From: Nitrospirota bacterium
GTDB taxonomy: Bacteria; Nitrospirota; UBA9217
NCBI GenBank assembly: GCA_046704425.1
Contig: JBJKRX010000050.1
Coordinates: 1 to 63,015 of the forward strand
DNA: 63,015 bases
Direction: 5' to 3'
Each line of letters begins with the position of its first letter. Within the stretch, counting starts at the first letter, position 1. Of the stretch, positions 45,543 to 54,166 are shown in pieces. The position numbers and the translations under genes were made by a program. Below the pieces are notes generated by a model. The model was not told where the DNA came from and did not search any database. It was given only the letters and a program-made list of their open reading frames with translations.

Positions 45543-48434
45543 CTAGAACAGCGCCGGGCTCCAGATCGCCCAGTATACCTCGATCGGTCGTTGATCGTCG
45601 AGTCCCTTCACCGCGACGAGCCGCAGCGTGAGCGGCAGGTAATAGGAGAACGTGAGATCGAGCCGCATCTCCGCGCCCACGGAGCGCTTCACCTCGCTCC
45701 CGCGGAAGCTGTCGTCCCAGGCCTCGCCCGCGTCCGCGAAGACCGCGCCGTGCAGCCTGCGGAAGAAGAAGGGCTTGTTCCCCCAGCCGCGCTCGAGGTT
45801 CTGGATCGGGAAGCGGTACTCCATGCTCGCGAGCGCCGCGTCGCGGCCCCGGAACTCGTTCACGTCGTAGCCGCGCAGGAACAGCGACTGCTGGTCCACC
45901 GGCAGCACCGTATCGCCCGGGTTGTCCCCGCCGAGCTGGAAGGCGCGCTGCGGCAGCACCTCGCCCGTGGAAACACCGCCGAAGCCGCGCAGCAAGAGCA
46001 CCTGGTGCTTCACGGGGAGATCGAGATACTCGTGCCAGTCCGCCGTATACTTCGTGACGACGAAGTCGCTGCCCAGGGACCGGTCGAGCCGCTCGACCCC
46101 GATGTCCACGGTCCTTCCGCCCTCGGGGCTGATCGAGAAGGGGTACTCCTGCGCGTTGTTGAACTCGTAGCTCACCCTGCCGGACGCGAGCACGCCTTCC
46201 GCGGGGATCGCGCCGCTGTAGCCCGCCCAGGGAACGCGCGGCGTGAGCGCGGACACGGTGGTGCGGCGAACGCCCAGGGTCAGCGCGTTCTGGTGCTCGA
46301 GCGTCGTGAACGGAAAGACCATCGAGCCATCGAGCTCCCGGGAGCGCTCCGTGTAGTCCGTCGATCCCGAGGGGTCGGACAAGAGTCCCGCGTAGACCAC
46401 GTCCGTGTCCTGGGCCAGGAAGTCGAGCGTGGGATAGAGGCCGTCGTATTGATAGGCGAAGGAGTACCACGTCCGGTAGGTCTCGGGGCTGTACAGGGCG
46501 GTGAGCATATAGGTATGGCGCTCCACCGCGTCCTGGTCGAAGGTGAGAAAGCCCTCGAGCCATCCGCTTGCCTGGCTCCAGCCGAACCAGGGCAGCCAGA
46601 AGCGCGGCAGGAGCGTGGAGATCGGCGAGTAGGGCGCCGTGGTGGTCACGACCGGCTTGTCGGCATAATCCGGGACCGGATAGGGATCGTGAAAGGGCGC
46701 TGCCGGCTTCCACGAGGAGCGGTCGACGGCCCGCTCCGCCAGGTCGAAGCCCCGGGAGCTGTAGGAGGCAAAGACGAGCGTTTTCCCGTCCGGCGAGAGC
46801 GCGGGCGTGAACTCGCCTCCCACCACGTTCGCAACCTGGGAGATCGTTTTCGCGGCCACGTCGTAGGCGTAGAGATCGAAGATGCCGGAGCGGTCCGAGG
46901 TGAAGTAGATGGTCTTGTTGTCGGGGCTCCAGGTCGCGCCCCCGTCGATGGCGCGGTCGTGCATCAGCTCCGCGACCTTGCGGCCCTGATCGTCGAGGAT
47001 CCAGATGTCCTTGTAGCCCCCGGGCTGCCACACGCCCGTGACGATTCGGCTCCCGTCCGGACTGTAGCGCGGGGTCTCGTACTGGTCCTCGCTCCAGTCG
47101 GTGAGATAGGTGATCCCCGCGGGCCGGATCGGCAGGCCCTGCGTCAGGTCGAGGAGGGCGAGCCGCGTCTTGCCCCGGCTGTTCAGGACGCAGAGGAGCT
47201 TTGTCCCGTCGGGGGCAGGAAAGGGATCGCGGGCGCGGAGCCCGCGGGTCACGCGCACCTCGTGGTTTGCTTGCAGATCGTAATAGTAGAGATCGTTGTA
47301 GAGGTTGGTGTTCCGCTCGTAGTCGAGCCTGGTGTAGTAGAGCCGGTTGCCGTCCGGGCTCCAGGCCAGGCTCGCGCCCGACGAGCTCGTGGAGAATGCA
47401 CGGTCCACGAGCCTGCGGTCATTGGTCCCGTCAGCGTTCATCACGAAGATGCCGGGGAAGGAATCGCCGTTCTCCACGGTGTAGGCGATCCGGCTCCCGT
47501 CGGGCGAGAAGGCCGGCGCGAGGTTCATATAGCCGCGGGTCGTGAGCAGGCGGAAGGGGGTCAGACCGCGCGCCTCCACCGCGGCCTGCACGGCCGCGTA
47601 GTGCTGGCGCAGGCTGTTCTTCCAGTCATTCCAGAGGTCCTGGTACTCCGCGTGCAGCACCCGCTTTCCGGTGGAGTCCACGAGAAAGGGAACGCCCCTG
47701 CCGCTGTAGGCCACGTAGACGTCCGCGAACTTCTCCCTGCCGAAACGCTTGACCAGGTAGTGGGTGAAGGAGTCGCCGAAGAGGTAGGGCGTCTCGCCGG
47801 CGGGCCAGGAATCGGGATAGTTCGCGGCCTGTCCCATCTCCGGGAAACGGTCCTCGAGCGTGGCCATGCGCAGCACCATGTCCGATCCCGGCGACCGGCC
47901 GCGGCCGCCCGTGGTCTCCGCCGTCTCCTCGTACACGGCGAGGCCCTCGATCATCCAGACCGGCTCGAAGAGGTTCGGGAAGTAGATCCTGCCGAAGATG
48001 TCCTGCAGGACCTCCGGGATGCCGGTCACCATGTCGAGGTGGAGGATGTGGGTGTACTCGTGGGTGATGACGAGCCGCAGCCATTCGTCGTACTCGACGG
48101 AGCCGAACCCGGCCGCGCCGAGGGGCTGGGTAATATAGAGGACGATGCGCTTGTACGGGAGGGGCGTGGTCATCCCGTTCGATTCGTCCGCCGTGTCCGC
48201 GAGCACGATGTGGGTCCTGCCCTTGGGGTCCCACTTGATGCGCGGCACCAGGCGGTCGTGCACGTCCTCGGCGATGACGGCCGCGCGCTTCGCGATCGCC
48301 TCCTCGCCCTGGTGATAGTCGATGCAGAAATGGGGCGTCGTGAGCGTGGTCCAGACGAAGCGGTCGTCGAACTTGCCGTACGCCGTGGTTGCCCAGCACA
48401 CAACGAGGATCGCGAAGATGCACGCCTTTTTCAC
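45543..48434 (-). CDS. Secreted HEXXH zinc-peptidase domain + TolB-like PD40 beta-propeller + C-terminal Omp85-type beta-barrel
   Basis: Track ORF 45543..48476(-). GTG 48434 with GGAGG 6 nt upstream. Signal KKACIFAILVVCWATTAYG. HEYTH. At least 6 PD40-like units (SPDGSRIAYT, SPDGNRLYYT, APDGTKLLCV, SPDGSRIVTG, SPDNKTIYFTSDRSG, SPDGKTLVFAS). C-terminal barrel ending ...YWAIWSPALF. Confidence 0.8.
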   Translation of the reverse strand: MKKACIFAILVVCWATTAYGKFDDRFVWTTLTTPHFCIDYHQGEEAIAKRAAVIAEDVHDRLVPRIKWDPKGRTHIVLADTADESNGMTTPLPYKRIVLYITQPLGAAGFGSVEYDEWLRLVITHEYTHILHLDMVTGIPEVLQDIFGRIYFPNLFEPVWMIEGLAVYEETAETTGGRGRSPGSDMVLRMATLEDRFPEMGQAANYPDSWPAGETPYLFGDSFTHYLVKRFGREKFADVYVAYSGRGVPFLVDSTGKRVLHAEYQDLWNDWKNSLRQHYAAVQAAVEARGLTPFRLLTTRGYMNLAPAFSPDGSRIAYTVENGDSFPGIFVMNADGTNDRRLVDRAFSTSSSGASLAWSPDGNRLYYTRLDYERNTNLYNDLYYYDLQANHEVRVTRGLRARDPFPAPDGTKLLCVLNSRGKTRLALLDLTQGLPIRPAGITYLTDWSEDQYETPRYSPDGSRIVTGVWQPGGYKDIWILDDQGRKVAELMHDRAIDGGATWSPDNKTIYFTSDRSGIFDLYAYDVAAKTISQVANVVGGEFTPALSPDGKTLVFASYSSRGFDLAERAVDRSSWKPAAPFHDPYPVPDYADKPVVTTTAPYSPISTLLPRFWLPWFGWSQASGWLEGFLTFDQDAVERHTYMLTALYSPETYRTWYSFAYQYDGLYPTLDFLAQDTDVVYAGLLSDPSGSTDYTERSRELDGSMVFPFTTLEHQNALTLGVRRTTVSALTPRVPWAGYSGAIPAEGVLASGRVSYEFNNAQEYPFSISPEGGRTVDIGVERLDRSLGSDFVVTKYTADWHEYLDLPVKHQVLLLRGFGGVSTGEVLPQRAFQLGGDNPGDTVLPVDQQSLFLRGYDVNEFRGRDAALASMEYRFPIQNLERGWGNKPFFFRRLHGAVFADAGEAWDDSFRGSEVKRSVGAEMRLDLTFSYYLPLTLRLVAVKGLDDQRPIEVYWAIWSPALF

Positions 48435-48520
48435 GGCCGTCCTCCGCACGCGTTCCGCAGCCGCGCCACCCACCAATGATAGGCACGCGGAGCGCGCAAG
48501 TCAAGCAAAAGAACCGCCTC

Positions 48521-49213
48521 TCACGCCTCCCGGTTGCGCGCCGCCCGCGCGAGCAGGACCCTCCCGGCGACGATCACGGCCACGGCGAGGAACAGCTCCG
48601 CGCCGTGGATGATCACGGCGGTCTGCGGCACAAAGCGGGCGAGCACCGGGTCCGTCACGATCATCTCCCCGCCGATCTTGCCCAAGAGCGCCGCGCCGAC
48701 CAGGATGATGAGGGGGAAGCGCTCCATGAGCCGGGCCAGGAGGCCGCTCGTGAACACGATGAAGGGGATGCTGAGCCCGAGCCCGAAGAGCAGCAGGAAG
48801 AAGTTGCCATGCGACGCCGCGCCCACGGCAAGCATGTTGTCGAGGGCCATGGTCACGTCGGCGATCACGATGATCCGGACCGCGTGCCAGAGCGAGCCGG
48901 CCTCGCGGTGCGCCGCCGTCGCCTCCTCGTCCTCGATGAAGAGCTTCACCGCGATCCAGAGGATCACGATCCCGCCGACGAGCTTCACATAGGGGAGCGT
49001 CAGGATCTGCGCCACGAAGAAGGTGAGCACCACGCGCAGCACCACGGCGGCGCCCGCGCCGTAGACGATCCCCTTCCACCGCTGCGCCCGCGGGAGCGCG
49101 CGCACGGCCATGGCGATCACCACGGCGTTGTCGCCGGCGAGCAGGAGGTCGATCAGGACGATGCTGAAGAGGTCCGTGAAGAACGCGGTGTCGTTACCCG
49201 GAACGCCAAGCAT
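48521..49213 (-). CDS. TerC/YjbE-family integral membrane protein
   Basis: Track ORF 48521..49285(-). IDLLLAGDNAVVIA and ADVTMALDNMLAV duplicated TerC motifs. Start taken at ATG 49213. Confidence 0.75.
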   Translation of the reverse strand: MLGVPGNDTAFFTDLFSIVLIDLLLAGDNAVVIAMAVRALPRAQRWKGIVYGAGAAVVLRVVLTFFVAQILTLPYVKLVGGIVILWIAVKLFIEDEEATAAHREAGSLWHAVRIIVIADVTMALDNMLAVGAASHGNFFLLLFGLGLSIPFIVFTSGLLARLMERFPLIILVGAALLGKIGGEMIVTDPVLARFVPQTAVIIHGAELFLAVAVIVAGRVLLARAARNREA

Positions 49214-49316
49214 GCGCACAGGGTACCCGAAACGGAGGAAAAAGTAAATCGGGGGGTCGGCTTCGTCTTCTGCGTGAGGAACCACGACCAGTCGGTCGTC
49301 GTCCGCGGGCCTGCCC

Positions 49317-50060
49317 TCATTTCAGCAGCAGCTTGAGGGCCACGCCCAGGAGGACCACGGCGAAGATCTGCTTGATCCATTTCGGCTTCATCTTCTCCCG
49401 CATCACTGTCGCGCCGAGCAGGGAACCGACGATCACGGCGATCGTGGTGAACAGCATGAGCGGCCAGTTGAAATGCCCTTCGGCCACATGGCCTGCGAAC
49501 CCGGAGAAGGAAGAGAAGATCACCACGAAGGAACTCGTGGCAGCGGCCCGCTTGGCCGGATACCCCATGGCCAGCATCATGGGCACGAACAGGAACCCGC
49601 CCCCGATGCCCAGGAGGCCTGCAAGCACGCCGATGCCGAATCCTCCCGTTCCCATGACCAGATACCTGGTCCGGGCCTCCATCATTGTCTCTTGGTCGGG
49701 CCGATCCGCGGTCTGGAGCATCCGCACGCCCGCAAAGAGCATGGAGAGGGCAAAGAGGAGGATCAGGACGCTTGTCGGAACCAGCCGGGTAAGAGCGGCG
49801 CCTACCGGGGCGCCGAGAAAGGAAGCGGCGATGAGAGGAACAGAGCCTTTGACGTCCACCATCTTCGAGCGGAAATAGACGACGGCGGCCGACAGGGCGG
49901 TGATGCCGTTCAGGAGCAGACCGGTGGGGATCGCCTCGGTCTTGAAGTCGAAGCCGAACCAGTGCAAGAGCGGCACATAGAGCATCGCTCCGCCCAGGCC
50001 GACCATCGAGAAGATGAAGGCGAGGAGGCCGATCAGGCTCGTCGTCAAAGCAAGGACCAT
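49317..50060 (-). CDS. TauE/SafE family sulfite/anion exporter
   Basis: 247-aa ORF. Multi-TM with MVGLGGAMLYVPLL and LLGIGGGFLFVPMM duplicated motifs. Confidence 0.75.
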   Translation of the reverse strand: MVLALTTSLIGLLAFIFSMVGLGGAMLYVPLLHWFGFDFKTEAIPTGLLLNGITALSAAVVYFRSKMVDVKGSVPLIAASFLGAPVGAALTRLVPTSVLILLFALSMLFAGVRMLQTADRPDQETMMEARTRYLVMGTGGFGIGVLAGLLGIGGGFLFVPMMLAMGYPAKRAAATSSFVVIFSSFSGFAGHVAEGHFNWPLMLFTTIAVIVGSLLGATVMREKMKPKWIKQIFAVVLLGVALKLLLK

Positions 50061-50128
50061 GGTCTCCTCCAGGGCGCCTGACCGCTGGCCAAGCGCCCGG
50101 CGCGCGGGACGACAGTCGGAAGCGCGTT

Positions 50129-50737
50129 CTATTCCCCGCTGCCCGAACAGGGGATGCAGAGCATGCGCCCGTCAGGAGCCTTTGCCAGTTTGTCCGTGAA
50201 GACCGCTTCGTGGCACTTTGCGCAGCGTGCGACCGCGAAGTTCGCGCTTCCCTTCTTCCGGTCACTCGGGAAGGGGGCGCTCACGTTCAGGAACTCGGCC
50301 TCGGGAAGCCCCAGGATCCGGTCGACGAGCGGGTCGGTGATCGCGGCCGGAATGTCCTGCGGCGGCACGCCCTTTTTCCGTTCCTGCACAAAGGGGGAGT
50401 TGAGCGCCTTTTCGAAGAACTCCGGCTTGAGCGAGACCCGGACCGCTTTCCCGGTCTTCATGTCGATGAGGGTGAAGGCCATCTTGCTGTAGTAGAGCTT
50501 CTGGATGTTCGCCTTGCCGTAGGTGCATCCCGTGGCGGTCATGATGCCGTCCAGGAAACAGCCTGCCGCATGGCCCTTGCCCGTCTCCGATTCCACGAAG
50601 AGCTCCTTGTCCTTCGACCGCTCGACGCCGAGCGCCTGCATGGCGGCGAGACCGGCCCGCAGGCCCATGGGCATGGCGGGGCACTTGTGTCCGTGGAACT
50701 TCATTGCAATGTCGAGATACTCGGCAAGTTCTTTCAT
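50129..50737 (-). CDS. FmdE-family protein with C-terminal zinc ribbon
   Basis: Track ORF 50129..50848(-). GGAGG upstream of ATG 50737. [16 protein letters not shown] and [19 protein letters not shown] are FmdE signatures. Zinc ribbon CAKCHEAV...CIPC. Confidence 0.7.
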   Translation of the reverse strand: MKELAEYLDIAMKFHGHKCPAMPMGLRAGLAAMQALGVERSKDKELFVESETGKGHAAGCFLDGIMTATGCTYGKANIQKLYYSKMAFTLIDMKTGKAVRVSLKPEFFEKALNSPFVQERKKGVPPQDIPAAITDPLVDRILGLPEAEFLNVSAPFPSDRKKGSANFAVARCAKCHEAVFTDKLAKAPDGRMLCIPCSGSGE

Positions 50738-50819
50738 GGCAAACCTCCGCTCGGGTGTACTGACCTGCCCGCCCCTTACCAACGCATACGTTCCCTTCCC
50801 GTCATTGGCACGCCATGCA

Positions 50820-51905
50820 TCACGGCGACGCCCGTTCTTCCGCCTCATGGTACGTTGTGGCGAAGTACTTTTTCTGCAGGCCGCGCGCCACGTTCACCAG
50901 CCCGATCAGGACCGGCACCTCGACCAGCGGGCCGATGACCGCGGCAAAGGCGGCGCCGGAATTGATCCCGAACACCGCCACGGCCACGGCGATGGCCAGC
51001 TCGAAGTTGTTGCTCGCCGCGGTAAAGGAGATCGTCGCGGTTTTCGCGTAGTCCGCGCCGATCCGCCGACCGAGAAAGAACGAGACGAGGAACATGACCA
51101 CGAAATAGATCAAAAGCGGGATCGCGATGCGGACCACGTCGAGCGGCAGCCGGACGATGTAGTTGCCTTTGAGCGAGAACATGACCACGATCGTGAACAA
51201 GAGAAAGAGCAGGGTAAGCGGACTGATCTTCGGGATGAAGGTCCTTTCGTACCACCCTTTTCCCTTGAGCGTGATCAGGGCGTATCGGGTCGCCATGCCG
51301 GCCAGGAACGGGATGCCGAGATAGATAAAGACGCTCTTCGCGATCTGGCCCATGGAGACGTCGACCACGACCCCCCGGAGCCCGAACCACCCGGGGAGCA
51401 CGGTGATGAAGAGATAGGCGTAGAAGGAAAAGAAGAGCACCTGAAAGATGGCGTTGAAGGCGACCAGGCCCGCCGCGTATTCCGGGTCCCCGCCAGCCAG
51501 GTCGTTCCAGACGATGACCATGGCGATGCACCGGGCGAGCCCGATCATGATGAGGCCGACCATGTATTCCGGATAGGACCGGAGAAAGACGATCGCCAGG
51601 ACGAACATGAGGATCGGCCCGATGATCCAGTTCTGCACGAGCGAGAGGCCCAGGACCTTCCGGTCGCGGAACACCTCCCCAAGCTCCTCGTACTTGACCT
51701 TGGCGAGCGGCGGGTACATCATCAGGATGAGGCCGATCGCGATCGGGATATTGGTCGTGCCGACCTGGAATTTGTTGATGAAGGACTCCGTACCCGGGAT
51801 GAAGTACCCGAGCCCCACCCCGAACGCCATGGCGCCGAAGATCCAGAGCGTCAGGTACCGGTCCAGAAAGGAAAGCTTCTTTCCCACATGTTCGGTCATG
51901 GTCAT
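50820..51905 (-). CDS. acr3: Arsenite efflux permease, ACR3 family
   Basis: Track ORF 50820..51935(-). [22 protein letters not shown] and [13 protein letters not shown] are ACR3 signatures. Start ATG 51905 overlaps the arsC stop (ATGA). Confidence 0.88.
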   Translation of the reverse strand: MTMTEHVGKKLSFLDRYLTLWIFGAMAFGVGLGYFIPGTESFINKFQVGTTNIPIAIGLILMMYPPLAKVKYEELGEVFRDRKVLGLSLVQNWIIGPILMFVLAIVFLRSYPEYMVGLIMIGLARCIAMVIVWNDLAGGDPEYAAGLVAFNAIFQVLFFSFYAYLFITVLPGWFGLRGVVVDVSMGQIAKSVFIYLGIPFLAGMATRYALITLKGKGWYERTFIPKISPLTLLFLLFTIVVMFSLKGNYIVRLPLDVVRIAIPLLIYFVVMFLVSFFLGRRIGADYAKTATISFTAASNNFELAIAVAVAVFGINSGAAFAAVIGPLVEVPVLIGLVNVARGLQKKYFATTYHEAEERASP

Positions 51906-52351
51906 TTCGTTGATTCTCCCTGTAGCGCCTGGCAACGCGCAATTTCATTTTCGACGAATGCCCGGATTCTCTTGGCGATCTCGTCGCGGGCCCTCCGGTA
52001 GTGCTCCAGGATCTCCTCTTCCGTGCCCGCAGCCGCAACGGGATCGTCGATGGGCCAGTGCAGGCGTTTGATGCCGGGCGGAGTCGTGGGGCAGAGCGCT
52101 TCTGCATGACCGCAAAGCGTGATGACGACGTCCATCCCCAACAACAGTTCGGGATCAATGCTCTTGGATGTTTGTCCCGTGATGTCCAGCCCGATCTCGC
52201 CCATCACGCGGACCGCTCGCGGTTGCACAAAGGAGGGGGTGAGTCCGGCGCTGAAGGGCGTGATGACGCCTTTGCCCATTGCACGCGCCAAGCCTTCCGC
52301 CATCTGACTGCGGCAAGAGTTCCCGGTACACAGAAACATCACTTTCAGCAT
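51902..52351 (-). CDS. arsC: Arsenate reductase, LMW-PTP / thioredoxin-coupled type
   Basis: Track ORF 51902..52489(-). Start at [20 protein letters not shown] (CX5R P-loop). Downstream Cys pair in [11 protein letters not shown], as in the pI258-type enzyme. Confidence 0.88.
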   Translation of the reverse strand: MLKVMFLCTGNSCRSQMAEGLARAMGKGVITPFSAGLTPSFVQPRAVRVMGEIGLDITGQTSKSIDPELLLGMDVVITLCGHAEALCPTTPPGIKRLHWPIDDPVAAAGTEEEILEHYRRARDEIAKRIRAFVENEIARCQALQGESTK

Positions 52352-52371
52352 GAGCGCATCCCCCCGATCGT

Positions 52372-52740
52372 TTAGCCGCAACAGCGGTTTTTTTGCTTGA
52401 GCGGAACGACCTTGCCGTTCGCTTCCTTGCCCCCGAGGAAGGCGTCGAGCCGCTTCCGGTCGCCCGCGCTGTCCTGCATCCGCTCGCACACGGCAAGGAT
52501 CAGCATCCTCCTGAGCAGGTCCGTTTCATTCAGACGGTAATGGATCCACTTACCCTGCTTGCGGTCCGCGATCAGTCCCGCCTCTTTCAGGGCGCCGAGA
52601 TGAAACGAGACCTTGGGCTGCGCCATGTCCAGCGCGGCCACGATGTCGCAGACGCACAGCTCCCCCTTTTCGAGCAGCTTCACGATCCGCAGCCGCGTTT
52701 CCTCGGAGAGCGCCTTGAATATGGTTGTCAGTTCATCCAT
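52372..52740 (-). CDS. arsR: ArsR/SmtB family metalloregulator
   Basis: Track ORF 52372..52755(-). ATG 52740 with GAGGGAGAG upstream. ELCVCDIVAAL metal-site/HTH context. Ends with ...KNRCCG. Confidence 0.85.
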   Translation of the reverse strand: MDELTTIFKALSEETRLRIVKLLEKGELCVCDIVAALDMAQPKVSFHLGALKEAGLIADRKQGKWIHYRLNETDLLRRMLILAVCERMQDSAGDRKRLDAFLGGKEANGKVVPLKQKNRCCG

Positions 52741-52827
52741 CGATCTCTCCCTCACCGGCGAGGATATCCTTCACCGCTATTGGCCTCGAAAACCGGGGAA
52801 TGATGCCCCACAAGGCGTTTAGAGTAC

Positions 52828-52847
52828 CCATAAATAATCGTTTATGG
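52828..52847. promoter_or_regulatory. Perfect inverted repeat CCATAAA-N6-TTTATGG in the arsR leader
   Basis: 52828-52834 and 52841-52847, about 90 nt upstream of the arsR ATG. Confidence 0.35.
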
Positions 52848-52912
52848 AAATAATATGCCTCAATGGAATTGGCCGCATCCTAAAGCGGCTCCATCGATTA
52901 CCGCCACACTTC

Positions 52913-52959
52913 ATATCAATTATTGTTGATATAATAGTTTACGCAGGCGGTTTTGTCAA
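52913..52959 (-). promoter_or_regulatory. Near-consensus sigma70 promoter of the ars operon with overlapping inverted-repeat operator
   Basis: Minus strand reads TTGACA (rc of 52954-52959), 17-nt spacer, TATTAT (rc of 52931-52936). The inverted repeat ATATCAA-N6-TTGATAT (52913-52932) overlaps the -10 and the predicted start site. Confidence 0.55.
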
Positions 52960-53037
52960 GGAGGTAGGGCTTCTTTTTTGTCGATAGGGTGGTGGAAATA
53001 AAGAATGCGGGGTGCCGCCCCAGTGCGCGGACGGCTA

Positions 53038-53916
53038 TCAGGGTTTTTTGAGATAGGTCGAGAACCAAGTGATGATCTCGGTGATGCCCTTCTCAAAAGG
53101 CTCGCCAGCATAGGCCTCGTAGTGCCGGCAGTTCTCAAGCGTCACCAGGCGTTTTTCGCTCTGAATCCGATCATAGAGGATCTGCGATTCTCCCGGCGGG
53201 GTGACGATGTCGTTGTCCGCGGACAGGAGCAGGACCGGACAGGTGATTTTTTGCACCTCCTCGTCGGGATTGTGTTCGATGATGTGCTGCAGCAAGGTGA
53301 AGGGGATCTTGATCCCGCTCAGGGCGGGATACTCGCGCAGGGCCTTGCCGAAGAAGGCCTTGGAGTCTTCGTCCGAGATGAGCTGCTCGGGCGACAGGCG
53401 CAAGGGACGGTTCTTGGTCACCTCGCGCTCGCGCGCCTTCTTGAGCGTGCCTGCCAGTTGCGCGCGCTCCTCGGGAGACATCTTCCCGGTCACCATCCTC
53501 CTGCCGCTGCCGAAGGTGAGCTGGGCAACGAGCGCCGTCACCCGATCGTCGATCGCTGCCACGCGCAGGGCATTGGCCCCGCCGAAGGAACTGCCCCACA
53601 GACCGATCGCGTCCGCCTTCACCTCCGGGAGCGTCTGCATAAAGGTGATAGCGTTTCGGATGTCCGTCATCTGCTCCAGCGGCACCAGGCGCCCCCGCTC
53701 CCCTTCGCTCCCGCCGAACCCGCGGTAATCGAAGGCCAGCACAACGAACCCCGCTGCAGACAGCCGCTCGCCGTATGCGGGCAGGAGTAGTTCTTTTATC
53801 CCGGAAAACCCGTGCGCCAGGACCACCGCGGGCTTCTGCTCCGCGCTGTCGTTTGGCAGGTAGAGGTTTGCGGCGATCTTGCTGCCTTCTGAATAAAATA
53901 GAACCGATCTCTGCAT
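53038..53916 (-). CDS. Alpha/beta-fold hydrolase
   Basis: 292-aa ORF. VVLAHGFSG oxyanion context, nucleophile elbow WGSSFGG, C-terminal D...H (SADNDIV, CRHYE). Confidence 0.75.
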   Translation of the reverse strand: MQRSVLFYSEGSKIAANLYLPNDSAEQKPAVVLAHGFSGIKELLLPAYGERLSAAGFVVLAFDYRGFGGSEGERGRLVPLEQMTDIRNAITFMQTLPEVKADAIGLWGSSFGGANALRVAAIDDRVTALVAQLTFGSGRRMVTGKMSPEERAQLAGTLKKAREREVTKNRPLRLSPEQLISDEDSKAFFGKALREYPALSGIKIPFTLLQHIIEHNPDEEVQKITCPVLLLSADNDIVTPPGESQILYDRIQSEKRLVTLENCRHYEAYAGEPFEKGITEIITWFSTYLKKP

Positions 53917-54006
53917 CTAATGAGTCTCCCTAGGCTATTGACTGCATACTTTTTGACAGGGCAACCGCACTCCGGATCGGCTCGAGGATACGGTATTTCC
54001 CAATTC

Positions 54007-54036
54007 ACGCCATGTCAAAACAGATGGCGTTTTTTG
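54007..54036 (+). terminator. Plus-strand intrinsic-terminator-like hairpin with no plus-strand gene upstream
   Basis: ACGCCAT (54007-54013) pairs with ATGGCGT (54024-54030), loop GTCAAAACAG, followed by TTTTT. Confidence 0.4.
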
Positions 54037-54166
54037 AGTTGATGCGATTGCCAGGAGGTACAAAGAGCGGCAGAACGCCCCGCCGGGTCCGTAAGACGGC
54101 GCCGACCATCTCGTCTTTAAGCCACAGCGCGAATCATTCGTCTTGCTTCGTCGACTTTCGTCTTGT

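Noticed and set aside
44571-48479. 1302-aa plus-strand ORF, the longest in the window
   Set aside because: It is antisense to the NDUFA9-like and peptidase/PD40/Omp85 genes. Composition is dominated by R, G, A, V, E, D, H runs, with no recognisable domain, start context or RBS. Judged a GC-driven shadow ORF.
49214-49316. Possible yybP-ykoY (Mn2+) riboswitch upstream of the TerC-family gene
   Set aside because: TerC/YjbE genes often carry this riboswitch. The minus-strand leader here lacks the conserved GGGGAGUAG and UUGACAUA-type elements as I recall them. I see only a short ACGACC/GGTCGT hairpin. A covariance-model scan (Rfam RF00080) would be decisive.
52927-52964. Plus-strand extended -10 TGATATAAT (52927-52935) followed by a perfect AAGGAGG (52958-52964)
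   Set aside because: No credible start codon or ORF follows. Only a 20-codon GTG frame and the antisense shadow ORF 53005..53790 are there. The elements are better explained as the reverse complement of the minus-strand ars promoter (-10/-35) and operator.
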